A DNA stretch of 64,000 bases, taken from NCBI RefSeq assembly GCF_000004825.1, contig NW_008805103.1, positions 119,941-183,940 on the forward strand, written 5' to 3'. Below are positions 52,682 to 64,000 of this stretch, in pieces. This DNA comes from Heterostelium pallidum. Taxonomy: Eukaryota. Below the pieces are notes generated by a model. It was not told the origin of the DNA and ran no database searches. It saw only the letters and a program-made list of their open reading frames with translations. A program made the position numbers and the translations under genes. The first letter of the stretch is position 1; every line of letters starts with the position of its first letter.

Positions 52682-53883
52682 TGTTTGTTTGAATTAAAAA
52701 TGAATAATAGGAACTATCCTTATTCATTTATATAGTGGTAAATAATGTGGTCATTGAATTATTATAATATATTAAAAATTAAATAAAATAAAAAAACTAG
52801 ACTAAAAGTGTCAACATTATTTATATATTTAATATAAGATTTGATGTGATTGAAAACCGAAATCAGAAACAGATCTGTAAAAAAATCGAAAAATCGGAAA
52901 AACTTTAATTTAAAATTTGGTTTGATCTCAGTTTTAATATAAATACCGTTGAAAAAAATGCTAAAACCTTGCGGGTTATTCAAATCCAGTTTTTCGTTTT
53001 CAAGGTAGATCCCAATGGAAATCTTATTTAGACGGTCCACATAATTTTATAATAACTATATACCAAAATTGGTAATCTTGTGATTGTGAGAAATATTTTG
53101 ATTTTCGAAATCCCAAACTATTATTATTAATAATATTTTCCCCATTTTTTTTTGAAATCATGATTTCAAAGGCAAATCAATACTAAATAGACTAAACCTG
53201 TTTCATTATATTTAAATAATCTTTATAATAAAATAAATATAAATATTGAAATGAATTATAAATATTTGAAAAAATAAATAATAAAATAAAAATTAAAAAT
53301 AAAAATATTTAAATCCCAAACATACCTTTGATTTTCGAGCTTACAAGTTTCCACAGTTTTAAAATATTATTAAAAATAAAATATTTTTTTTAATTTAAAA
53401 ATCTTGGTTCTGAATTTTTTAATTATTTTATTAACTTAATAATAAAATGTCGTAAAAAATCTAGATGATCTGGATTTTTTATTTTTGTTTGCTATTTTTT
53501 TGTGGTTTTTGCAGAGATGAGGTGTGCGCATTATTAAAAATTAATAAAATTTATTAAAGACTCAATAATTTGATTTAATAAAAAGTATCTTTAAAACACA
53601 CACTAACCAACAACAACTTGTCGATTTAGATTAATGTGTTTTCAGATACGAAAATATCATCTACCCAACCATCAACCATCCATCAATCAACCAACCATCA
53701 ACACTATAGTTGCGGTTGCTGCTGCAGTTGTTGTTTGTTGTTGAAGTTGTGTTGACTCGTTAAAGTAATAAACTAATAACTATAATTATAATTATAACTT
53801 TATTATATATATATATAAATTTTATATTTTGTTTTTCAATTAAATTTTTTATTATTTTTTAATATTATAATATAAATCTTATC

Positions 53884-56800
53884 ATGAGTTCATTAGATGT
53901 CATTGATATAGATTACGATCAAGACAACTCATTGATTGCACTCAATCTACTACATACAATCAAATCACATAATCAGAGCAACTACAACAACAACAACACC
54001 AGCAATAACATTGTACATAATAATCATAGTGGTGAAGATGAAGATAAAAGTTATTTAACTATTTTCCTATCGAAAAGAAAATGTAAACAATCAAAAGATA
54101 TCTCTGGTTTAATTACAATATTAAAGGTAATAATAAAAACAATAACGTTAACAATGATAATCTCAAATGACTAATAATAATAATAATTAAAAAAAATAGA
54201 ATCAATTGGTTGAGACTGTTGAAGAATTAAACAAATTCCTTGATACTCATGAAAACGATTCACAACAACTACAGGCCAAACATTACCAACAATGGGTTGA
54301 TATTCACGATAAAATATCAAAAGATCAATTGTCAAATTCTATTTATTTGACAATACCAAATTTATTGAACAACAACCACAATAAAACTAATAACAACAAC
54401 AATAATAATAATAACCACACTAAGACAACTAATAGCAATAGCAATAGTAAAATCAACAATCCTATTCATGTAAATATTAAAATAGAACAAAAAGAACAAA
54501 CAATACTTCATCAAAAACAAGAAAAAGAAGAAGAAGAAGAACAAGAACAGCAACAACAAAAAGTAGAGGAACAACAGCAGAAAGAAGAAAAAGAGAATAA
54601 TCATTATATAAAAGAAAATAGTAATGAGAATAATAAAGATAATAATAATAATGTAAATGATATTAAAACAACATGTATATCACCTGATATTTCAAATAGC
54701 GATAATAGTAGTAGTAATCTAAAGGAAAAAGAGAAAGAGAAAGAGATACTGGAGTCAAAAGATTCAATTAAATATCAATTACAACAGCAACAACAACAAC
54801 AACAATTACAAAGGAAAGATCAAACAAAATCAGCTATTTGGACATCAACTAAACCTGTAGATAAGAAATCATCTGTATTCTTTAGAAATAATAGATACAG
54901 TGAATCTGTAAATCCAAAATTGATACCAACAAATAACAATAACAATAGCAACAACAACCATAATAATAATAATATTATTAGTGGTAGTTTAATAGTTGGA
55001 TCATTATCAATGAATCATGATAAAGTAAATTTGAACGCAAATTCAATTTCAAATTCTTATACTCCAAAAACAATTGGATCACCCATTACCAAGAGAAAAG
55101 TATTGAAATCGTTCATCTACAACAAGTTGGACTACGATCATTGCGAATCGAAATACGATGATTCTTCGGAGGAATCAGAGATACCCTATATGGAAACGAA
55201 CTGGGATACATCGGTGGTTGTTCTGCTGCCTTGTAGACATTCAATCAAAGTGCCATCCTCCGCCAACTCGACGATAGAGTCGATACTGCGACTGACCTAC
55301 GCCAGTGCCAAGATGCAAGGTCATCGCATCATCTCTGACTTTGATGCGTACATCTTTCAGCTGGACAACCAATACGAATTGATTCTCGATAAGGATACAC
55401 AGTTGCGCTCACTTGTGCAATCGCAGCGACTGACACAGGTGCGTCTCGAGCTCATAGAGAAGGATCACCAGTGTAAGGAGCGGCTGGTCGATTTGGATCC
55501 GACGGCAATCTCGATCAACGGACGTCCTACGCTGTGGAAATCACACATCGAGGAAGTACTCCGTTTCAACACGAAACTGAGGAAGCTCGCCAAACTCTGT
55601 GGCGACGCCAACTCTACTTCGGCGGTGGCGGACTGCGCGCGTCTCACTCCATATCCACCACCTCAAACTATACCGGAGAACTTTATCATTAAGGTACACC
55701 TTCCCAATCAAACAAAGACACTCCGCTGCAGTAGGAATCACACTGCTCAGACGCTAATGTCGATAGTCTCTGAGAAGGTAAAGACTGCCGCTATCAATCC
55801 TCAACGCTGGCGTTTCCTTCTCACTGGAATCAACCAGTATATTAGTCCAGACGTGCCGTTGTTGTCGGTGGAGTACGTCGTGGAGCGAATCAAGAGAACC
55901 GGTGAGATTGAACTGACGATGAAAGAGATTGAGACTGCCAACATTAGGAAATCCGATATCTTTAGACGCAACAACTATCACGATAAACCATCGCAGATCC
56001 TCTCGGTCATTTTGAAACCAAACAAATGCCAACCCGCTAAAATAAGAAGGATTACCAATGTCGGATCCTCTCCGACAGGCGTCAATCATCCGAGTGCCAG
56101 AATCGCCGATAATCTGATGTTGTCGGATTGCGAATCCGACTCTGACACTGTCTCTGCCTACGATGTCAAGGAGCACTTTAAGGTGAGGATTCTCCATGCG
56201 CACGACATTGACCCGTCGATTGCGAAATCACACTTTGGAACCGACCAGAACATTCAGGTGTACATTGAAGTCGGAATCTACTTTGGCGGTGAGTTGATCG
56301 CACCGCTTGGAACATCGAGTGGCGTCAACTACCAGGAGACAGTGGTCTGGAACGATTGGATCACCATCCCCATCCCAATATCGTCGATTCCAAAGGGATC
56401 GCGTGTTTGCTTCGGTCTGAACACACGATACAAAGACAGTCATTTCAACATTGGTTGGGTCGGTCATCGACTCTACGATTCACTGGACATCTTCAACACC
56501 TCGACGCCCTACTCGCTGCTGATGTGGCCTGGAAAAGTCAATCCAATCGGAACGTGCGTCGATAATATCCAATCAAAGAAACAGACAATCATTCTTGCAT
56601 TCGAATTCCACGACTATGTTTCACCGCTGAACATTCACTATCCCGATATTCTCACCAATCTCAAAACGAAAGACGACGATGCCATTCTCTCGATAACCAT
56701 TGACGACCAAGAAAAAGTAAACTATATCAACAAACAAGATCCGCTCTATACTCTGTCGGACGAGGAGAAAGCGCTGGTTTGGCGGTGTCGATACTACTGC

Positions 56801-58598
56801 CAGACCGTGCCAACCACGCTGCCAAAGCTGTTACAATCACTCCAATGGACCAATCCCGAGCATCTCAGTGAGATGTTTAGATTCCTCAAGAACTGGCCAA
56901 TCATCGAACCGATCGAATCGCTGGAGCTGCTCGATCCAAAGTTTGCCGACTGCGTAGAGATTCGTGAGTACGTAGTGAAGTGTCTGGATGCCATGACAGA
57001 CTATGAACTTGAACTCTATATGCTCCAACTGGTACAGGCTCTCAAGCACGATATATTTCACGGATCGGTACTCAGTCTCTTCCTGCTCGGTAGAGTCTTC
57101 CAGAATCCTGCGGTATTGGCCCACCCATTCTTTTGGCATCTCCGCGCAGACATTGACAACCAAGAGGTGAGCGAAAAATTCCGACTGCTCATTGTTGCAC
57201 TCCTCAGATTCAACACTCACCTCGCTGAAACATTCTCCAAGGAAATACAATCACTCAAGGTATTGGAGAATCTTTCCAGGCTGATAAAAGATATTCCATT
57301 TGAGAAACGTAGAACATTTATTGAAGAACATCTACGTGATATTAAAGGAGCAAATAACTTTAGAATTCCATTTGACCCAAGGTATGAATATACTACAACT
57401 ATTTTCTTTGAAAATTATTGATTGATTTTCAGAAAAACAATTAACTAACTAGTTATTTTATCCATTGTTGTTTAAACAGTATTTATGTAACAGACATAAT
57501 TCCAGAGAAATGTAAAGCAATGGATTCAGCAAAAGCACCACTTTGGATTGTATATAAGAATAGAGATTTGAATGCCAATCATTTCCAAATGATAGTAAAG
57601 ACGGGAGATGATCTAAGACAAGATATTTTAACACTTCAACTGTTAAAGCTGATGGATCACATGTGGAAGTCTGAAGGTTTAGATCTCCACATGACTATAT
57701 ACCGTTGTCTAGCAACTGGACTTGGTACAGGATTAATTGAAGTTGTAAACAATTCAGAAACAGCTGCAAGAATTCAATCTGTAAATATTATAATATCAAC
57801 ATGTTAACAACACAACTCTATTTTATAAACTCATTCATTAATATTATTTATTATACCTTTTTTTTTTTTTTCTAGGCTGCTGGTGGTATGACAGGAGTAT
57901 TCAAACAAACACCGATTGCAAATTGGTTGAAGAATCAAAACATTACAGAGAATACATATCGAGCTGCTGTCACTAAATTTACACTGTCATGTGCTGGCTA
58001 CTGTGTTGCCACCTATGTTTTGGGTATTGGTGATAGACACAACGATAACATAATGATTGATAAATTTGGACATCTCTTCCATATTGACTTTGGTCATTTC
58101 CTTGGAAATTTCAAGACGTTTGCAGGATTCCAACGTGAGAAAGCACCATTTGTTCTTACACCCGACTTTGTCTTTGTCATTGGTAAAGATTCTCCTAACT
58201 TTGATTTCTTTGTAGAGACATGTTGTAAAGCTTACAATATCCTCAGAAAGAATTCACATATTTTCTTTAATATGTTTGAATTGGTAAGTTTTGGTGCTGC
58301 TTTTTCTATTCATTAATATTTATAGATCGATATTAATTATTAATTATTATTATATCTGTATTATTTATAGATGTTATCAACAGGTATTCCAGAATTAAGA
58401 AGTGAAAGTGATATTCTTTATTTAAGAGATAAGTTTAGAACGGATTTAACGGATGAAGAAGCATCGGAAAGATTCATAAAACTCATTCACGAGAGTATCA
58501 ACACTCTGACGACACAAATCAATTTTGCAATACATATAATGGCACATAGAAAAGCAATAGCGATCGATAAGAAAACCGGTGACTCATCAAGAGAATAA
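53884..58598 (+). CDS. Class I phosphatidylinositol 3-kinase catalytic subunit (p110-like; Ras-binding, C2, helical and kinase domains) with long low-complexity N-terminal extension; 5 exons: 53884..54126, 54200..57381, 57480..57780, 57876..58283, 58371..58598
   Basis: Kinase motifs are KTGDDLRQDILTLQ, GIGDRHNDNIMI and HIDFGHFLGNFK. The C-terminal LSTGIPELRSESDILYLRDKF matches p110 (LGSGMPELQSFDDIAYIRK). MDSAKAPLWIVYKN matches p110 (MDSKMKPLWL). All splice phases were checked. Confidence 0.8.
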
Positions 58599-58762
58599 AT
58601 CATACTCTTCTAGATGAAACATCAGGGTTCATACAGCTAACTACTCAACTCCCACTCCCAACGATAAACTTGTTCAAAAAGGATCAATGTAAATATGATC
58701 ATTACTGATTGATTTTAATAAACTATCAATCATACCTAGATTGATAATATTTTATTTATTAT

Positions 58763-59302
58763 TTATTCACCATGAACGAACTTTTGCATTCCAGTAAAGA
58801 ATTGTTCTTTTCCTGCCTCTGGATTTACATGAATTGATTTAAGATCTAAATTTAATTTATAATAAATATTATTATATGAATGTAATTAATAAATATATTT
58901 TTTGATATACAAATTAAAATATTGTAAATAATACATACTTGGATCTTGTTGTTGTTGCTGTTGTTGTTTGTTCTTCTTGTTCTTCTTTTTATTCTTCTTC
59001 TTTCCTTCATTATTTTTATTCTCAAGATTATCTTCTTTCATGTCCAACTCCTCTTTTTCTTTTAACATTTCATCCTTCAAGATACAATCATCCTTTGACT
59101 CCATCTTTTGATCATTGTCTTTCTCTAAATCCACCTTTGTGTTCTTGCAATCCTTCAAGTCCTTACAATCCTTTTGATTCACAACTTTTCCATCTTTGAA
59201 AACATAGGTAGTAGTCTCCTCCGATGAAAATGTATAAACATCTACTCCATTCTCACAAGAACGTTGTTGAGGTTTCAATAACTTTGTTTCATTTGAACTC
59301 AT
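58763..59302 (-). CDS. Small acidic/Lys-rich hypothetical protein (~148 aa), 2 exons: 59302..58939, 58845..58763
   Basis: The ORF at 58886–59302 ends at a GTATGT donor. The downstream exon completes ...QQQQQQQDPNLKSIHVNPEAGKEQFFTGMQKFVHGE. No family was recognised. Confidence 0.4.
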
Positions 59303-59779
59303 TGTTGTTTCTAAAAAAATAATAAAAACATAAAAATATTTAATATAATTAATATTAATATCTTTTAATAATTAAATAATAATTAAATGTTTAGTAAACT
59401 TACTTTGTAAATTAATTTTTCAAAAATATAAATAAAAATAAATAATTGTTGTTTTTTTTTTTTGTTTAAAGATAATAATTACTAATATTATTTGTTATTA
59501 CTATTCTATTTGGTCTGAAAAAAATAAAGTCTTTATAAAAAATATTCTTTAAACTATAAAACACCAATATATTATTATTTTAATTTTTGTAGATCTAAAA
59601 AAGAGTATTTGGACATTAATGATTACCACTTTTAGTAAATATTAATTTTTCATATACTTTTTAAAGAAAAAATTACCACACTTTTTTTAAAAATGTTTAC
59701 TTTTTTTTAAAATATAAAATATAATAATAAATAATAAATTCATTTAATTAAAAAAATATTAATTTTAACTTATTTATTC

Positions 59780-60955
59780 TCAAACCTTATTTAAATAAGC
59801 TAAGAGATGGTCTGTGAAAGTACGAGCATGTTGAACATGAGCAAAATGACCACCAGGAATTAATTCTACAAGATGTTTTGGAAAGTAATTCGAAATGGTA
59901 GTATTGTGTGGTTCTTTTAGGTAGTGGCTATCTTGACCACCTATAAACAATACATCTTTCTCAAATTTGGGTGTTGTTGGTAGTAGCATCGATGTTGCCA
60001 TTCCAGCTACATCAACACCACCACCACAATGCTCATCTAACAATAAATTATAATTATATTTCTCTGCAATCTTTTTATCTGTTGGGAATCCTAACATTTC
60101 ATCTTGATTCTCGTATAATGTCTAGATTTTGATATAGTTGAATTAGTTAGTTAGATAGATCTATCTAAATATATATATTGTTGTCCACAATTATAAACAA
60201 CTTACTTTTAAATTAACTCTCCACTTAAATTTGCTGTTTTCTGGTTCTTTATTCTCTATTAAATTATTTAATAGATATAATCTGTTACCTTTATCCAAGT
60301 TGTATGACTCCAATACTTGTTCGATCTTTGATTTTGTTGTGTCGCTTTTGTTGAATATCTCGGTTGCTTGGAGCATCGCCTCAAACTTTGAATTGTGATT
60401 GTGTATTCCAACGTAGGAAGTGGGTGCAACGTCTACACAAACCAAACCATCGACATCGTTCTTGTGTCTCAGACTGTAGAGCATAGAAACCTTACCACCG
60501 AGCGAATGACCAACCAACACCAACGATGCATTCTCATTGTATTTTCTCTTCAATATATCGTTCTCCCGAAGAAAAACTGTTAGATCATCAACTAAATCGT
60601 CTAACTTCATCGTAGACGCATGCATAGAGTTTCCATGATTTCTTAAATCTAATGAATATAACTTTGTTGTAATAAAATAATAATAATAATAATAGTTAGA
60701 ACTGATTTTGTCTTTTTATTATCAAGAAGAATAAAACCTATATATACATACCTCTAAGTTATTATATTTCGATTCTTTTGCACGTGACTCTAATAAACGA
60801 TTTGATATCCTCCAATTCTCGTTTGAACCAAACAGACCGTGTAGAAATAAAACTATTTGTGTATTTGATGCATTGCTTCTAGAATTGTTACCATAAGGAC
60901 TTGCACTAATAAAACTACTATTTGTTTGAATAGATCTCCTAACAAAGTTCATCAT
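59780..60955 (-). CDS. Alpha/beta-hydrolase fold protein, ABHD11-like; exons 60955..~60753, ~60689..60219, 60122..59780
   Basis: The HGLFGS oxyanion region, the nucleophile elbow GHSLGG (GxSxG) and a C-terminal His region (HFAHVQH) are present. Donors are GTATGT and GTAAGT. Confidence 0.65.
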
Positions 60956-62789
60956 ATTAAAGCTATAACAACAAGTAATATATTACATAAAGTAAATCAA
61001 ATGATTGCAATTTTGAAAAAACTCATTACAAAAAAAAAAAATAATAATAATAATTTAAAAAAATGTTTATTAATAGATTGTCATATGACTAATTATAAAA
61101 TTATAATAAAATATAATTAATATCAAAAACTTAATAAAAGTAACAATTAAAAGTGTTTAAGAATATTAAAGTAAAAAAAAATAAAACAAAATAAAATAAC
61201 CTCATATGATCTTTCAGTTTTAAACAAAATAAGTTATTTCTATTTTCTTAAAATAAATAAAAGAATTCAATTGTGATTGTCTATCAAATCATTAATAACT
61301 TTTTTTAAAAAAATATCATTTATAATTTAATTTAATACATTCAGAAGATTTTATTTTTTTATTATACTATTTAATAAGAATTTTCTTACTCCGAAACTCC
61401 TATGAAAAATATTATGGCACGAGATTTGACCAGAAACGAGAAAATTAAAAATAAAATATTTAAAAAAATATAAAATCTCTGGTTACAGGGTGAGATAGAA
61501 ATGCTTAGACGGAAAATTCGTGTACGCAATGTTATAACATTTTCAAGATATTTAATACCAGTTATAAAAAGTGTGGTGCAGATGTGGTTTTTTTATTATC
61601 ATAAATAGTGTTGGTACAAATTTAATATCCTATAGTAATGTTTACAAAAATTAATTTAATAATAATAGTAATTTTGTAAAATTTTAGTTGATTGTAAAAA
61701 ATAGATGGTGGTCTTATTGTTCGACATTAATTTCCTTTTTAGTTGATTTTTCGGGAAGCAATTTTTAGTTTTGATGAACTGATAATAATGAAATAAAATA
61801 GAATTGCCAAACTTTGTTTGTAAAGTTCATTCCCTCATCAATAATAAAAAATACTATTAACTATTCTATCATGATATTACCTAAATAAGGAGGAGAACCA
61901 ATTATTACATTCTTCAAGTATTTATCTTATTCGAAGCGTTTTGTTAAAGATGAATGGACCAATTAATAATTGATTTTGATGAAATATCGATGTGAGGAGC
62001 GAATCTCTGTCTGTAAGCTTGTTTTGCCCAATAATGGTCTTGCTGATATCATCAACAAAATGCCTGAAAACACAACATTTAGTGGTGATCCCCTCACAGT
62101 TTTGCTATTGTGAAATTGAAAAAAAATACAAATTGTTTTCATTGATGAGCTTCACCCACTTTGCAGCACCCCAAAAATTCGAGATATTATACTTGAAAGA
62201 AAGATCAAAACACTAAATTTGCTTCATTCCATCCTGCCAAGCCATTGAAAAACAAAAACAAAAAAAAAACACAAAAAAACAAAAAAAAACAATCTTTTTT
62301 TTTTTGACAATTCATATTAATTTTTTCATTTTTTCTCATATTTCACACTCTGTTGTCGAATTGGTTTGGATTTGTTTACGGTTGATGGTGAGGGAGGGTT
62401 AATAGGAAAACAAAAAAAAAAATTATCAAAATTTTTATTAAAAAAATAAAAAAATGTTTATAAAAACAAACACAATTTCTCATATTTCTATTTATTTTGT
62501 TTTTCATTCTTATCAAATAATAATAGTTAGTTTTATTATATCTTTATATAGTAATAATAAATAATAATAGTAGTAATAGTAATAAAATTGTGTTAACAAT
62601 TTAAAATAAAATATCAGATATTTATTTTTTTTTGCAAAAAATCTTATTTTTTATTTTATTTTTAGATTCTTATTTTTTTCATTCTTTTTCTTGTATTATC
62701 AAGTCTTAACTAGATTTTATTGTTTTATTAGAGATTCTTTCTTTTTAAATATTAGTTGATTGAGTGGAGTAGTAGCTTTGTGCGTGGAA

Positions 62790-63966
62790 ATGAGAATTCA
62801 ATTAACTTTATTGTTGGTGTCACTCGTTTTGACAGCCGTTCATTCATATACCGACAATGATCCTGTATTCTGTCAGCAGGCTCATTATCGTGAGGATTGT
62901 CCAACCAATCCAGGACCATTCGATCCAGTAAACGAAGGTAAATAACAATATCATAATCACATCATCATCATCATCAATTTATACTGATTTTTATGTTAAC
63001 ATAAATCATATCAAATCTATTCCTTTTATTACGACAGACGATATTATCGATGTTTATTACATGCAAGCACCAATCTTTGAGAGTGTTTATGGAGATATTT
63101 TCGGAAAGTTAGGAGGTTATCACTCTGCTTTGGGATTCTTCAATTTGAATACCAAGATCAACTACACTGCAGAGTATGATGCTTTCTTTGAGGTTGCCAA
63201 CGGAACATTCCCAAATGTCGTTGACAATAACAACGGTACCAAGGATTTGGTATGGTGTAACGCAGGTATCACCTGTGCATTCCCAGCCATCAACACCACC
63301 TATTGGGATCCAAAGTTCTTCTCTACCGCTTCGATGACCTTTATGACTTCAATCAATGGTTCTGTATTCAACAAATTCAGTCCATGGATGTTGAGTTATA
63401 ATAATACCAACCCAAGTATGTAATTATAACTATTATCATTATTATCATTAATTAAAAGCATCCCTACTAATTATACATCTTTTTCTATTTCTACTTTTCG
63501 TCATTCATCATAGTTTACCAAACCTGGGATGTCTGGAACCAATTTGGTGATAATTTGTTCATTCAATCAAATACATGTGATGACTTTGTTATCAATGGTT
63601 TGAATTTCCTTGCTTGTAAGTTATTAGTTATAATATATATATATATATATATTTGTGATTCTTGTTTTGATCAATTTATTAATATAAATTTCAATTTTAA
63701 TTTTATTTTAATAATATAGCTCAAGGTGCTTATTTCGATTGTGACACCCAAATTTTGAAGAGAGATTATGTAAATATCTACTCAGAGAAGCCAGTTCCAG
63801 TCGACTATGAAACTGAAAAGGAAGACATTGTTAAATATTACTCTGCATTCTCTATCCATAAGGGTGAATCAATCTTGGATATCATTAAGAATATCTTCTC
63901 TGTCATTGGTTTGAAGAAATACATCTACATTGAGCAAAACTACTACAGATTAGAATTGAACTTCCC
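62790..63966 (+). CDS. cln5: CLN5 (ceroid-lipofuscinosis neuronal protein 5) homolog, 3'-partial (continues beyond window); exons 62790..62937, 63038..63415, 63514..63615, 63720..63966...
   Basis: Signal peptide MRIQLTLLLVSLVLTAVHS. FCQQAHYREDCPTNPGPFDPVNEGDDIIDVYYMQAPIFESVYGDIFGKL is collinear with human CLN5 [60 protein letters not shown]...NGTFPNV...VWCNAGITCAFPAI matches GFRSTLTGKNYTMEW...NCTFPHL...FWCNQGAACFFEGI. YQTWDVWNQ...NTCDDFVINGLNFLA matches YYETWNVK...YDCSKFVLRTFNKLA. The human sequence is recalled from memory. Confidence 0.6.
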
Positions 63967-64000
63967 GTAAGTAAACAGGATCATCCAATCAATCAATCAA

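Noticed and set aside
54362-54604. Poly-Phe/Leu ORF on the minus strand
   Set aside because: It is antisense to the poly-Asn/Lys/Glu coding tract of the PI3K N-terminus.
61419-61426. ggcacgag (resembles a cDNA-library adaptor)
   Set aside because: It is a single 8-mer in intergenic context and is probably coincidental. There are no vector or adaptor flanks.
1-64000. A prokaryotic-style defence or mobile system (CRISPR array, operon, toxin–antitoxin)
   Set aside because: All genes carry spliceosomal introns, poly-N/Q tracts and eukaryotic orthologs, and no direct-repeat or spacer array or bacterial gene organisation is present. The closest thing to an immune-type module is the single TEP1-like STAND NTPase gene.

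Overview
This window is eukaryotic nuclear DNA of dictyostelid (Dictyostelium-like social amoeba) type. The evidence is: extremely AT-rich intergenic DNA and introns, short introns of about 70–120 nt beginning GTAAGT/GTATGT/GTAAAT and ending (T)nAG, poly-N/Q/T low-complexity coding tracts, A-rich ATG contexts, and roughly one gene per 2.5 kb. Coding GC is higher than in D. discoideum, so the species is not determinable.

I see no prokaryotic features: no operons, CRISPR, RBS logic or defence islands. By hand-splicing across the six-frame ORF track I can support about 25 protein-coding genes:
- ribosomal protein L34, with a 14-nt micro-exon
- a GT10 alpha-1,3-fucosyltransferase
- a WDR44-like WD40 protein
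- a Cys-rich EGF-like GPI protein
- a small DUF1289/Oxidored-like Cys protein that the ORF track misses
- two tandem gamma-glutamyltranspeptidase paralogs, the second carrying a frameshift
- a family of secreted parallel beta-helix repeat proteins: one copy at the window start, two near-identical copies, and a relic fragment
- a C2H2 zinc-finger protein
- a giant TEP1-like TROVE–DUF4062–NACHT–WD40 gene (about 2400 aa, 3 exons). The 217-aa RGG-rich ORF upstream of the big ORF is its first exon.
- an SGNH/GDSL hydrolase
- RNA polymerase III subunit RPC5
- a HemK/PrmC-type glutamine methyltransferase
- a PQ-loop transporter
- diphthine–ammonia ligase DPH6
- two paralogous secreted Cu/Zn-SOD-like proteins lacking the metal-ligand histidines
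- a class I PI3-kinase
- an ABHD11-like hydrolase
- a 3'-partial CLN5 homolog

The most unusual single locus is the TEP1-like STAND NTPase gene, a vault/telomerase/Ro-RNP component. I find no evidence for a novel multi-gene system. The window looks like ordinary gene-dense dictyostelid chromosome with several local duplications.
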